DNA of 64,000 nucleotides from an uncultured Candidatus Rokubacteria bacterium (GCA_963826115.1 CAWGVS010000001.1:44643-108642), one strand, 5' to 3'; positions 49,337 to 59,368 are shown, counted from the stretch's first letter. Notes: generated by a model from the sequence alone, not told the origin. Numbers and translations: made by a program.

Positions 49337-51319
49337 ATGACGCCGACTGGGTTCCCGCTGCTCTTCAGCCCGTTCCGATTCGGCGCGCGGGGCCACGCCG
49401 AGGCGCCGAACCGCATCGTCTCGACGAGCCACGGCACGAACTTCGCCGTCGACGGGGCGCCGGGCGAGCGGCTGATCGCGTATCACGCCGCGAAGGCGGC
49501 CGGCGGCTGCGGGACGGTCATGATGTTCGGCTCGGCCGCGGCGTCCTCGCTGACCCCGATCCCCCCGAACCACGTCAATCTCTGGCAGGCGAGCGCCGAG
49601 CCCGGGCTCCGGGCGGCCGCCAGGGCCGTCAAGGCGCACGGCGCGCTGGCGTTCAGCCAGGTCACCTCGAGCGGGCGGCGCAGCTATCATCATCTCGATC
49701 GATGCGGGAGCGGCCCGTCGGCGACGGTGAGCCAGCTCTCGCCGGGGATCCCCCACGTGCTGTCGGTGACCGAGATCCGCCAGATGGTCGACGACTACGC
49801 CGCCGCGTGTCGGCGGCTGAAGGCGTGCGGCCTGGACGGCGCCGACCTCGCCTTCTACGCCGACCAGCTGCCCGACCAGTTCTGGAGCCCCGCCGTCAAC
49901 CTGCGCACCGACCGGTACGGCGGGAGCCTCGAGAACCGGCTGCGCTTCTCCCTCGAGATCATCGAGGCGGTGCGCGGCGCGGTGGGCCGGGACTTCGTCG
50001 TCGGCGCGCGCGTCTCCGGCGACGACGCGCTGCCGGAGGGTCTCCAGCCGGACGAGCTGCTCGAGATCGTCACGCGCCTCGACCGCACCGGGGGGCTCGA
50101 CTACTTCACGGTCACCGGCGGGACCGTCTCGACGTTCCGCGCCCGGGGGTACAACAACCCCTCCGCGTACTACGGCCTCGGCACGTTCGTGCACCTGGCG
50201 GCCCGCATCAAGGCGGCGGTGCGGACGCCGGTGATCGTCACCGGTCGGATCGTGACGCCCGCCCAGGCCGAAGAGGTGCTCCGCAGCGATGCGGCAGACC
50301 TGGTCGGGATGACGCGCGCCCTGATCGCCGATCCGGAGATGCCCCGGAAGGCGCGCGAAGGTCGACTCGACGACATCCGGATCTGCATGGGCTCGGCCGA
50401 GGGGTGCATCGACCGCCTCTACTTCGGCATGCCGATCGGCTGTGTCCAGAACCCCGTCATCGGCCGCGAGCGCGAGTGGGGCGCGGTGATCCCGGCCGCC
50501 GCCCCGCGGCGAGTCCTGGTCGTCGGCGGCGGCCCGGCCGGCATGGAGGCGGCCCGCGTCCTGACGGAGCGCGGCCATCGGGTGACGATCCTCGAGCGCG
50601 ACGATCACCTGGGCGGCGCGCTGCGGATCGCCGCACGCGCCCCGGGCTGGGAAGCCTACGCCACCGCGGTCGACTGGCTGGCGCGTCAACTCACGCGGCT
50701 GAAGGTCGAGGTGCAGCTCGGCGTGACGGCGACCGCGACGAGGGTGCTAGCGGAGCGTCCCGACGCCGTGGTGGTGGCGACCGGCGCCGATCCGCGCCGT
50801 CCCCGGCTTCCGGGAGTCGATCGGCCGCACGTCGTCTCCGCGACCGAGGTGCTGGCGGGCACCGCGCCCGTCCGAGGGCGCTCGGTGATCCTGGACGAGA
50901 CGAGCTACACGCCAGGCCCCAAGGTCGCCGACGCGCTCAGCCAGGCCGGCCACGCGGTCGAGATCGTCACGCGCCAGTACAGCCTGGGCGAGGACATCGG
51001 CACCACGCTGCGCGCGAAGCTGCTCGAGCGCCTCTTGCGACAGGGCGTGACGATCACCGTGCTCGCCGCCCCCGTCGCGATCGCGGCGGACCACGTTCGC
51101 GTCCGGCACATGCTGACGGACGCAGAGTGGACGATCCCGGCCGACACGGTGGTCCTCGCGTCCGGCGGCCAGGCGCGAGATCAGCTCTATCACGAGCTCA
51201 CCGCGCTCACGGCAAGGCAGGAAAGCCCGCCCGCCCTGCACCTCATCGGCGACGCCTACGCACCCCGGAACCTGCTCCTCGCCATGGTCGACGCCGCGCG
51301 CGTCGGTCGGGCGATCTGA
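49337..51319 (+). CDS. NADH:flavin oxidoreductase (OYE barrel plus FAD domain; FadH/DgcA-like)
   Basis: NRIVSTSH, QFWSP..N.RTDRYGGSLENRLRF, RICMG...CI...CVQNP, GGGPAG. Confidence 0.9.
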   Translation: MTPTGFPLLFSPFRFGARGHAEAPNRIVSTSHGTNFAVDGAPGERLIAYHAAKAAGGCGTVMMFGSAAASSLTPIPPNHVNLWQASAEPGLRAAARAVKAHGALAFSQVTSSGRRSYHHLDRCGSGPSATVSQLSPGIPHVLSVTEIRQMVDDYAAACRRLKACGLDGADLAFYADQLPDQFWSPAVNLRTDRYGGSLENRLRFSLEIIEAVRGAVGRDFVVGARVSGDDALPEGLQPDELLEIVTRLDRTGGLDYFTVTGGTVSTFRARGYNNPSAYYGLGTFVHLAARIKAAVRTPVIVTGRIVTPAQAEEVLRSDAADLVGMTRALIADPEMPRKAREGRLDDIRICMGSAEGCIDRLYFGMPIGCVQNPVIGREREWGAVIPAAAPRRVLVVGGGPAGMEAARVLTERGHRVTILERDDHLGGALRIAARAPGWEAYATAVDWLARQLTRLKVEVQLGVTATATRVLAERPDAVVVATGADPRRPRLPGVDRPHVVSATEVLAGTAPVRGRSVILDETSYTPGPKVADALSQAGHAVEIVTRQYSLGEDIGTTLRAKLLERLLRQGVTITVLAAPVAIAADHVRVRHMLTDAEWTIPADTVVLASGGQARDQLYHELTALTARQESPPALHLIGDAYAPRNLLLAMVDAARVGRAI

Positions 51320-51778
51320 GGCCTCAGCACCACTCGACTCGATCGGCGCCAGTGACGCGCTCACCAGGCGTCCTCAGAACGGCCCAGCGTGCCGGGTCAC
51401 GCGGTTCCGCACGATTGCCTCCACTGGTGGGAAGCTGTGGCGGGCAGTGCCGTTCTGGAATGCCCGGGACCTGGAGTGAACACTCGCCGACTTCCAGACC
51501 TACTACAACGTGGCCCGCCGCCACGCCGCCTTGGAAGGCCATACACCTTTGACGTCGCCGGTCGACGTCCACTCGCGCCTCCCGATCTCAGGCATGTGCG
51601 GTGGATCTCCAACTGCCGACGCCTCGTTCAGCTCCCAGTCGCCGCGAGACGGCGAATTCGATACCAACACCGTGTTGCCCGGATTGCGTCGACGTGCCCG
51701 GGCAGTAGCGTGAGCACCACGGCGATGCCTTCCCAGCGCGCTGCGCGAGCGGAGCCCCCAGCGTATTTCAGCGCACGC

Positions 51779-52966
51779 CTACTTGGTTTGGATGATGGTG
51801 ACCGTCACCTTGCTTGACAAGCCAATGTCAGGAATCGACAGCTCCTTACTTTGGCTCTTGCCGACGACCGCCGGCATGTCGGGCAGGGCGGGCGCACCGG
51901 TCTGGCTGGGGATTGGGAACGGCGGTGGGTTTTTGGCATCTCTGCAGTTGGTGATCGTCAGCGTCTCCGCCGAGTCGGTCACCTCCAGCTTGAATTGCAT
52001 CACGCCCGGGTGGTCGAGATCGCTGCCCACGAGCGAGCCCTTGACCTTCCACGTCACCGTCTGCGGAGTTACCCGTCCGGTGCAACCGCTGCGGGGGTCG
52101 TTCGCGATCACGTTGACGATCCGGGTGTACGTACCTGTGCCATCGAACGAGCCGTCGTCCTTGAAGGTGAGCGGAACTCGCAACTCATTGTTCATCACCA
52201 AGGTGACCCGCAAGCCCAGCGCGGCGGCGTTGAACTTTAAATTCTCTTCTACCTTCAGCGCGTATTGATGCGGCACGCAACCACACTCGTCGTCGCCCTG
52301 AAACTTGCTGCCGAGCGCATCAGCCCACTGACGCGCCAACGCGTTGAGTTGGGGGTGAGTCACGGTGGTGATTGGTTCGGGCTGAAACCTCTTGCCCGTG
52401 ATTGCTTCGTAATGTCCAATGCCATTCAAGTTTAGACCGCGGTCGCCAAAAAAGGCGTTGCCGATAAAGTCCACGCTCCCGACATCCGTTTCGATATGAT
52501 TCGCAAAACCGGCCGGTCCTGTTGTCAGCAGTCGGCCGAAAACGAATTTCTGGTTCTTGCAGATCTGCACAGCCGTCCGCCCCTTGAACACGTCATTCGC
52601 CGGCGCCAGTTTCCAGCCCGGCAAACCGCTGTGGCATGCCTGGCACTGCGCATTGGTCGCATTCAAGTCTATCTGGTCGCCCGACTTGCGGATCACGGCT
52701 ATCGTGCCCACGAGATGGTCCTCACCATCCGGCGCGAAGGGATTGACCCCGCCGTGACAGTTGACGCAGCGCGGCTCCTTCGTGAATACTTCCGCCAACT
52801 GGTCGAAGGCTTGAATGGCTTTCTGCGTTCGTTCCTGGGATAGAGGGCAGACCGCGCCGCCGCTCTGAACGGTCGGCACAGGCGGTTGCGCGGTCAGCGG
52901 CGAAATCAAGAACGGCGCCAGCGCCAAGCCGCACGCGATCCAGTTGCGCCATCGGTTGAAGCGCAT
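51779..52966 (-). CDS. Secreted di-heme c-type cytochrome with beta-rich C-terminal domain
   Basis: Signal peptide, PRCVNCH and CQACH motifs; GGAGG RBS. Confidence 0.75.
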   Translation of the reverse strand: MRFNRWRNWIACGLALAPFLISPLTAQPPVPTVQSGGAVCPLSQERTQKAIQAFDQLAEVFTKEPRCVNCHGGVNPFAPDGEDHLVGTIAVIRKSGDQIDLNATNAQCQACHSGLPGWKLAPANDVFKGRTAVQICKNQKFVFGRLLTTGPAGFANHIETDVGSVDFIGNAFFGDRGLNLNGIGHYEAITGKRFQPEPITTVTHPQLNALARQWADALGSKFQGDDECGCVPHQYALKVEENLKFNAAALGLRVTLVMNNELRVPLTFKDDGSFDGTGTYTRIVNVIANDPRSGCTGRVTPQTVTWKVKGSLVGSDLDHPGVMQFKLEVTDSAETLTITNCRDAKNPPPFPIPSQTGAPALPDMPAVVGKSQSKELSIPDIGLSSKVTVTIIQTK

Positions 52967-53510
52967 GATTACCTCCCTACGACCGCCTCTCAGGCACCGA
53001 CAGCAGAATCAGTGAACTCGGCGACGATGGCCGAACGCCCCGTTCTCGGCCGAAGAGCTGCCCACAGGGGCTGGAGGATGAACCCGGTTCCGGCCACCAT
53101 CACCGAATGGTGGGCGACGGGGCAGGCACCGTCAAGGGCAGCACATGGCGGCGGGGAACAAGGAAGACCGGCAGCAAGCGGCAGCGAGCGCGGCTGTGCG
53201 GATAGGAACGATTAGCGCCACTTCGGTCGGAGCACCCACTCCGCCCTCGTCCCCGAAGTCGCCGGCAACCACGGTGGTACCAAGGACTCCGGGTCGGGCT
53301 GGCAAGCCTCCAGGCTGCGCGGCCCGCCCCACCTGTGGTCTCCAGACCGTGGATCCAGCGACGCGTAGCGTCCGGGCGCCAACCGGGCGCGCGGCCGGTC
53401 GCGAGCGACCGTTCGGCCCGTCGCGACCGGCGGATGAGCCGGCGAGTACTCACGCCGTCGGACGAGGATGCTTGGGGAGGGCTTCAGCGGCCGTCCATAC
53501 TCGATCGGGT

Positions 53511-54647
53511 CTACTCGCGAAGGAACTCGCTCACGCTCATGCCTAGTCCGGCCTGTTTGATGATCTTTGCCAGGGTGCCAGAAGCAAGGTCACCAGGGTG
53601 ACGGGGCACGACGAAGGTATTCCCGTCGCTCGCACGCCACTTCTCGTGGCTTCCCTTGCCCGACCCGACGATCTCAGCACCTGCGATGCGCAGACGCCTG
53701 GCCAGGTCTCGATACCGAAGGAATCGCATCCGCAACCGCAAGCGCTGCGCCAGAGGTGAATTCTGATGGACGAGATAGTTCACGCGACTCGTAAGGCGGG
53801 CCAGGCCAGAGAACGCATGGGGGAAGACGTTCCAGATACGTGGATGCTTGGTCGGCACGCCCTTCAGTGATTCCGTATGATTCACCTCAGCGAACTGGGC
53901 GCGCTCGACTGAACATCGTGCCTTGTGTGCCAGCTCAACCCCCAGCCGATACCCCGGCGGGTTGTCGCGCACGTGCGCTTCGAGCGCTCGCATTAATGCC
54001 GTCCTCAAGGGTCGCGTCCTTCTGAATGCCGCGCTGACACGGTGCAATGCGTGCGCGTTGGCGAGGCCCTCTTCCACGCACTTGTCGGTTCCCTGGGTTC
54101 CCCGATACAGACGCTCGAAACCAAGTCGGTAGGCTGCCTCGCGGTGCGTCACCTCCAAGCGGGCGGCGAAACATTCCACGAGATGATGGAACGCCTCGTG
54201 ACCATGCAGAAATACTTGGCTTGCGAGTAATGCGTCCCGAAATGGGGCGTCTGACACTTGGCTCTTAAGGAACCTGGCGAGTTCGAGTGTCCCCTCAACC
54301 GTCAAGTAGATACCCCACCACGTTGGGTGGAAGTAGTGAAAGGGCAAGTAGAAGGCCCAGGCCTCCGGCGGCGGGGTGCCGGATCCCTCCGCCGCGATCG
54401 GCGCACCGGGGAACCGTCCTGGGACCGTCGGCATTAGAGCCAGCGTCTCCGGGGTAGCCGCGCCGGCGACCGGCGAGGCGTCCTGATCTCCTTGATCGAT
54501 CCCGTCCTCGAAGACTTGCGGCAGAGCCTTGTCCGCATTCGGGATGGACACGAACAACCACTCCTCGTCCCAGTCCGGAGCCAAGGGCAGGTCCTCGAAT
54601 GCCTCAGGTACCTCTCGCCGGAGATCTTGGATTCGATCTGTCGGCAT
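53511..54647 (-). CDS. Zincin-type metallopeptidase fused to a C-terminal HicA-family toxin domain
   Basis: HEAFH (aa ~150) and EEGLAN (aa ~192); C-terminal GKGSHEKW...VVPRHPGDLASGTLAKIIKQAGL; GGAGGTG RBS. Confidence 0.8.
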   Translation of the reverse strand: MPTDRIQDLRREVPEAFEDLPLAPDWDEEWLFVSIPNADKALPQVFEDGIDQGDQDASPVAGAATPETLALMPTVPGRFPGAPIAAEGSGTPPPEAWAFYLPFHYFHPTWWGIYLTVEGTLELARFLKSQVSDAPFRDALLASQVFLHGHEAFHHLVECFAARLEVTHREAAYRLGFERLYRGTQGTDKCVEEGLANAHALHRVSAAFRRTRPLRTALMRALEAHVRDNPPGYRLGVELAHKARCSVERAQFAEVNHTESLKGVPTKHPRIWNVFPHAFSGLARLTSRVNYLVHQNSPLAQRLRLRMRFLRYRDLARRLRIAGAEIVGSGKGSHEKWRASDGNTFVVPRHPGDLASGTLAKIIKQAGLGMSVSEFLRE

Positions 54648-54727
54648 GAACTTCACCTCCCGTCCGACCACACGTCCCAGTTGTTCCTAAGGTCCCACCG
54701 GGCGACCCGCCGCGATAGCCCGCAACC

Positions 54728-54857
54728 CAGCCGCAACCGACAACAAAAACGGGGTTACAGCGTGTGCTGTAACCCCGTGATCTGTGTGGTTGCGGGGGGG
54801 CGCTTTGCCTTCACCGCAACAGCCCACCTAAATCTCTGCTTCGTGGTTGTCGTCTGA
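54728..54857 (+). repeat. Hairpin plus tRNA-fMet att remnant; left part shared with 14386, right part with 59085-59153
   Basis: ggttgcggggggg..ttgccttcaccgcaac.....ctctgcttcgtggt.gtcgt.tga. Confidence 0.75.
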
Positions 54858-54922
54858 TGTTGGCCCCCGTCGAGTCCTGGCCGCAGTGAGACCGCTTGTT
54901 GGAGGTAACGGGACAAAAAGGG

Positions 54923-55120
54923 ACCGTGATCGGCGACACCGTCAACGTGGCGAGCCGCCCGCAGAGCCTGACCCGCGAGCTCAAGACGCCGCTCATCGTG
55001 GCCGATGCGGTGGTCAAGCAGATCGGCGACCCGGCCAACCTGCCGGTGGCACTGAAGGACGCAGGAGAGCGCGAGCTGCGCGGCCGCACCGCCGCCATTC
55101 GCATCTGGACGCCGGACTAG
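54923..55120 (+). pseudogene. Class III adenylate/guanylate cyclase C-terminal scrap
   Basis: TVIGDTVNVASR...ELRGR. Confidence 0.75.
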
Positions 55121-56289
55121 CCGTCGATCGCCGCCGCGTCGTGCATGTAGAGCCAGCCGATATTGGCGATCGAACGATCACCTGATTTCGCCATCGCCTC
55201 GTCGCGCTGCTGCTGCTCGGGCCCGTCGTGCAGATGGAAGCGGACGCGATTGGCCGCGCTCGCTTCCTGCAGGCGGGTGGCCCGCGGCTTGCGCAGCGCC
55301 TCGTAACGCGCAAGCGCCGCAGGAATATCGCCCGGCATCGCCGTGAGGACGGCGGCGAGCGTCGCGCCATCCTCGATCGATTGCGCCGCGCCCTGGGCCA
55401 TGAACGGCAGCATGGGATGGCAGGCATCGCCCAGCAGGGTCACCGCGCCGTCGCTCCAGCGCGGCAGCGGCAGCCGGTCGTGCAGCGCCCACACGAACAT
55501 CTCGGGGAACGACGAGATCAGGTCGCGTACCGTCGGATGCCAGCCCTCGTAGCGCGCCAGCGCATCGGCGACCTTGCCGGGCGTGGTCCAGCCCTCCTCG
55601 GTCCACTCACCGCGCTCGGTGACACACACCACGTTCATGAACTTGCCGCCGCCGACCCAGTAGTGCACCACGTGGCCATCCGGTCCCATCCAGTTGTGCG
55701 ACGCCACCTCGATGTCGAGATGGCGCACGCGCTCGGCCGGCACCAGGCCGCGCCAGGCGATGCAACCGGTGAAACGCGGTTTCTCCGGCCCGAGGATGAG
55801 GTGGCGCACGCGGCTGTGGATGCCGTCGGCACCGACCACAAGATCGGCTTCGACCGCCGCACCATTCTCGAACCGCGCGACGGCTCGGTCGGCCCGCTGT
55901 TCCAGTGCGACCAGCCGGTGGCCGACATGCAGCCGCTCAGCGGGCACGGCGGCGCCTAAAAGTTCGGCGAGGTCGCCGCGATGGAAGTGGTAGTAAGGCG
56001 CGCCGAACGTCGTCTCGACCTCGGCGCCGACCGGCGCGTGCTGCAAGGTGCGGCCGTCGTCCCAACGCCGCTGATGGACGGCCTTCGGGCGCACGCCTGA
56101 CCGGTCGAGTGCCGGCTTCAGGCCGAGCCGGATCAACAGCCGCGAGGCATTGGGACTGATCTGGATGCCGGCACCGATCTCACCAATGCGCGGCGCCTGC
56201 TCGTAGACCTCGACGTCGAAGCCCGCGTGCAGAAGGTGCAACGCAGCCGACAGCCCGCCGATGCCGCCGCCGATGATGGCGATCTTCAT
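55117..56289 (-). CDS. FAD-dependent aromatic monooxygenase (salicylate hydroxylase / NicC-like)
   Basis: GGGIGG, EIGAGIQISPN, GADGIHS, LLGDACHPMLPFMAQGAAQSIED. Confidence 0.9.
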   Translation of the reverse strand: MKIAIIGGGIGGLSAALHLLHAGFDVEVYEQAPRIGEIGAGIQISPNASRLLIRLGLKPALDRSGVRPKAVHQRRWDDGRTLQHAPVGAEVETTFGAPYYHFHRGDLAELLGAAVPAERLHVGHRLVALEQRADRAVARFENGAAVEADLVVGADGIHSRVRHLILGPEKPRFTGCIAWRGLVPAERVRHLDIEVASHNWMGPDGHVVHYWVGGGKFMNVVCVTERGEWTEEGWTTPGKVADALARYEGWHPTVRDLISSFPEMFVWALHDRLPLPRWSDGAVTLLGDACHPMLPFMAQGAAQSIEDGATLAAVLTAMPGDIPAALARYEALRKPRATRLQEASAANRVRFHLHDGPEQQQRDEAMAKSGDRSIANIGWLYMHDAAAIDG

Positions 56290-56677
56290 TGCAGGATCCC
56301 GCTCCACACCGCCCGACCGTCGCGGCAATCATTGCCGCGCCAGGCCACGTGGGTGTCGGGACGCACGAGCACAAGTCTCGCCTCGTAGATCGACGCCACG
56401 GCCGGATCGTCGACGATCACGGTCGTGAGCGGCACCGGCGCGGCATCGATCAGCGGCGACGGATCGGCATCGCCGAAGCGCAGCAGGGTGAACCACGGGC
56501 CGAGCTTGTCGTAGAGCGCGCTTCCGTCGACCAGGAACACACTGGGCAGCCGCGCGCCGGGCGCGGCGGTCGGCTGATAGACGACCGGATCGCCCTCGAC
56601 GCCGTCATAGCGGTGGCCAAACTCGAGGCCCCAGCTTTCGTTCTCGGCGTTGCCCAAAGCAGCAATCGCTCGTCCGA
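56286..56677 (-). pseudogene. FAD monooxygenase C-terminal fragment cut by an ori end
   Basis: GNAENES.GLEFGHRY...PGARLPSVFL..G..LYD...LVLVRPDTHVAWRG. Confidence 0.75.
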
Positions 56678-56788
56678 GAGCGTAGGAGACATAAAGCCCA
56701 TTTCCCCAAGGGGGGGCTGGCGGACGAAGGCGGCCCGGACCCACTCGATCTCGATGGTGCGCGGCGGGCACGGGCGGTGTCAAGGATG
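56677..56788 (-). mobile_element. IS91-like ori-end module with promoter
   Basis: TTGACA(56783-56778)-N18-CACCAT...gtccgccagccccc..gggctttatgtctcctacgct. Confidence 0.65.
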
Positions 56789-56833
56789 GTACCCACCGGG
56801 CAGCATCCGCCGGACTCGGGCGTCGGCCAATCT

Positions 56834-57025
56834 CGTATCTCGGCGTTCGTCTTGATCGGATTCTGGATCCTCACCCAGGTGATCAGCGGCGTCGGCAGCG
56901 TCACCGCGATCGATCAGGGTGGCGTGGCCTACTTTGCCCACATGGGTGGGTTCGTGGCTGGTCTGGGGCTGATCAAACCGTTCGGACTTGGCCAACGCGT
57001 GAAGGAACAGGAGGAATTCTCCTGA
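56834..57025 (+). pseudogene. Rhomboid protease C-terminal scrap
   Basis: IGFWILTQ...GGVAYFAHMGGFVAG. Confidence 0.7.
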
Positions 57026-57373
57026 TGAGGAATCCCGGAGACAGGAGATCGAATCCGGAATAGGTTCCCCGCGTGGCTAATCGCGACGAGGTGTTGGGCG
57101 CGTTTCGGATCGCGCCGCGCATCGCCATCGTGATTCCGGAGGCCATCGACGCGATCCGGGCGCTGACTGGCCGAGTGACCGACGGCCGCGAATCGATCGC
57201 CATGACCGACAAGGCGCTGGGAGTTCAGCGGGATTTTGTGAGGCGGTAGCGACCTCACCCCCACTCGACGGGGGTTGGACCTGGCCTCGCCATACTTTCC
57301 CCCGAATGCTAGACTTGCCGCGCTCCACCGATGGAACGCGGCGATGCCGCGCACTCAATCCGGAGGATGCCCC

Positions 57374-58318
57374 ATGGCGGCAGGAAGACTGGCACTGGGA
57401 CTGATTTTGCGCTTCGGCGAGCACTATCCCCGGGTGAATCGGCCGATCCACTGGCCGGAGCTTCGCGCGCTCGCCAAGCTTGCCGAGGACGTCGGCTTCG
57501 ACACGCTGTGGTGCGACGATCACTTCGTCTACGAAACGTTCCCGCCGAACGGCGAGCCACACGGGAAGGTTCGCGGCGTCTGGGAGTCTTTCACCCTCCT
57601 GAGCGCGCTCGCCGAGGCCACGAGCCGAGTCACGCTCGGACCTTTCGTCGCCTGCACCAGCTTTCGCAACCCGGCCCACCTCGCAAAGATCGCCGCGACG
57701 CTCGACGACGTCAGCGGCGGCCGACTGATCCTCGGTCTAGGCGCGGGCTGGAACAAGCCAGAATACGATGCGTTTGGCTACCCCTTTGACCACCTGGCGA
57801 GCCGTTTCGAGGAAGCACTCCAGATCATCGTTCCGCTTTTGCGAGAGGGCTACGTCGACTTTCAAGGGAAGTACTACGAAGCACGTGATTGCGAGCTTCG
57901 GCCGCGCGGACCGCAGGTCAAGGGTCCGCCCATCTGGATCGGCGCGACCAAGCCGCGCATGCTCGGACTCGCCGCCCGCTATGCCGATGCGTTCAACTCA
58001 GTCTGGCACACCTGCCCGGAGACGATGGTCCCTCAGTTCGCGATTGCCGACGAGGCGTGCCGCGCGATCGGTCGCGATCCGTCGACGCTGCAGCACACTT
58101 CCGGCTGCTACATCGCGCTCCCCGCGCCCGGCGAGGCGCCGCCGCCCCAGCTTCGTCCGTCGATCCGCTCGACGCCGGAGGGGCTGGCCGAGCAGCTCCA
58201 CGCGTTCCACCAGGCCGGCGCCGCGCACATGACGATCAGCGTCGAGCCCTGGGACGTCGCCGGCCTCGAGCGGTGCGGGCGGACGATTGAGGCGTTGCGA
58301 AGGCTGGAGAGTCAGTAG
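57374..58318 (+). CDS. LLM-class flavin-dependent oxidoreductase
   Basis: GFDTLWCDDH, RNPAHLAK..ATLD.VSGGRLILGLGAGW, PPIWIG. Confidence 0.9.
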   Translation: MAAGRLALGLILRFGEHYPRVNRPIHWPELRALAKLAEDVGFDTLWCDDHFVYETFPPNGEPHGKVRGVWESFTLLSALAEATSRVTLGPFVACTSFRNPAHLAKIAATLDDVSGGRLILGLGAGWNKPEYDAFGYPFDHLASRFEEALQIIVPLLREGYVDFQGKYYEARDCELRPRGPQVKGPPIWIGATKPRMLGLAARYADAFNSVWHTCPETMVPQFAIADEACRAIGRDPSTLQHTSGCYIALPAPGEAPPPQLRPSIRSTPEGLAEQLHAFHQAGAAHMTISVEPWDVAGLERCGRTIEALRRLESQ

Positions 58319-58340
58319 CGCGCAATGCGTCGTGGATGCG

Positions 58341-58523
58341 TTACCGGCGTCCCACTTCTTCTTCGGCCCGTCGCAGCAGCGCCTTCATGTAGCCGATGGT
58401 GAACGCGGTGCCCAGGCGAGGGTCGTCGGCCATGCGTGGGATGTGGTCCGGGATCACGACGCCCTTGAAGCCAACCTCTTGCATGGTGCGCATGACGACA
58501 TACATGTCCTGATAGCCGTCGTC
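58341..58523 (-). pseudogene. Mannonate dehydratase (UxuA-like) C-terminal scrap
   Basis: DDGYQDMY.VM....VGFKGVVIPDHIP...AFTIGYMKAL. Confidence 0.7.
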
Positions 58524-58620
58524 CGCGCGACGCCAAGAGCGGGCAAGGCCGGGCCCTGGCCCTGGTCGAGGACCGCCGGGCCGTGATGGAACGACGGCTC
58601 GGGGCGCGACGCCTCGACTG

Positions 58621-58989
58621 CCCCTAATCTTCCACCGCGCCGGGAAGCCGATGGGGGAGTTCCGAAAGGCCTGGACTCGCGCCTGCCGGGCGGCGGGGCT
58701 GATGGTGACGGCGGCGACCCGGGACGGGCGGACGATCCTCCGGCCGGCGCACCACGTCTACGATCTGCGCCGCACGGCCGCCCGGAACGTGCGGCGCGCC
58801 GGGGTGCACGAGACGACGATCATGGCGATCACCGGGCATCGCACCCGGAGCATGTTCGACCGCTACAACATCGTCAGCGAGCAGGATCTCCGGGACGCGG
58901 TCGTCAAGACGACGGCCTACGTCTCGACGCTGCCGGCAGCCCCGACCGTGATCCCGCTCCACCCCGTCGTCGAGGCGGTCCGGCCGTGA
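58621..58989 (+). pseudogene. Tyrosine integrase C-terminal fragment
   Basis: FRKAWTRAC, (Y)DLRRTAARN, ITGHRTRSMFDRYNIV; N-terminal part absent. Confidence 0.8.
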
Positions 58990-59032
58990 GACCAAGCACA
59001 AATCGAGCACAATCCGGGGTCGCGATACATCA

Positions 59033-59153
59033 GCGCCGCAAACACGAAGGCCCCGGAAGTCGTTATCTCCCGGGGCCTTGGTTTGGTTGCGGGGGGGGCA
59101 TTGCCTTCACCGCAACGGCTCTCCTCGACCTCTGCTTCGTGGTCGTCGTGTGA
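59033..59153 (+). repeat. Hairpin plus tRNA-fMet att remnant
   Basis: aaggccccgg..ccggggcctt, then tggttgcggggg; shares parts with 27165 and 54788. Confidence 0.75.
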
Positions 59154-59368
59154 TGCCAGCCCACTTCGAATCCTTGCCGCACTAGGACGCTCGGGAGTGA
59201 CGCGAGAGTGAGGGATAGGAACAACGTGTACCGCAAGATTAAGCAATGCGACGCGTGTCGGCCAAGTGAGCGCCGAGGCTCGGGAATCGTCAGGACGAAA
59301 TGGCCAGCGGTCCCAGACCGCGGCTCTCGCCGAGGGCCGCCGGTTCGAGACTCGGCAGGTAGGCGTTC

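Noticed and set aside
53511-53729. HicA as a separate gene starting at the internal Met (53729)
   Set aside because: No stop separates it from the upstream domain and no RBS precedes this ATG; kept as a fusion, though internal initiation cannot be excluded.
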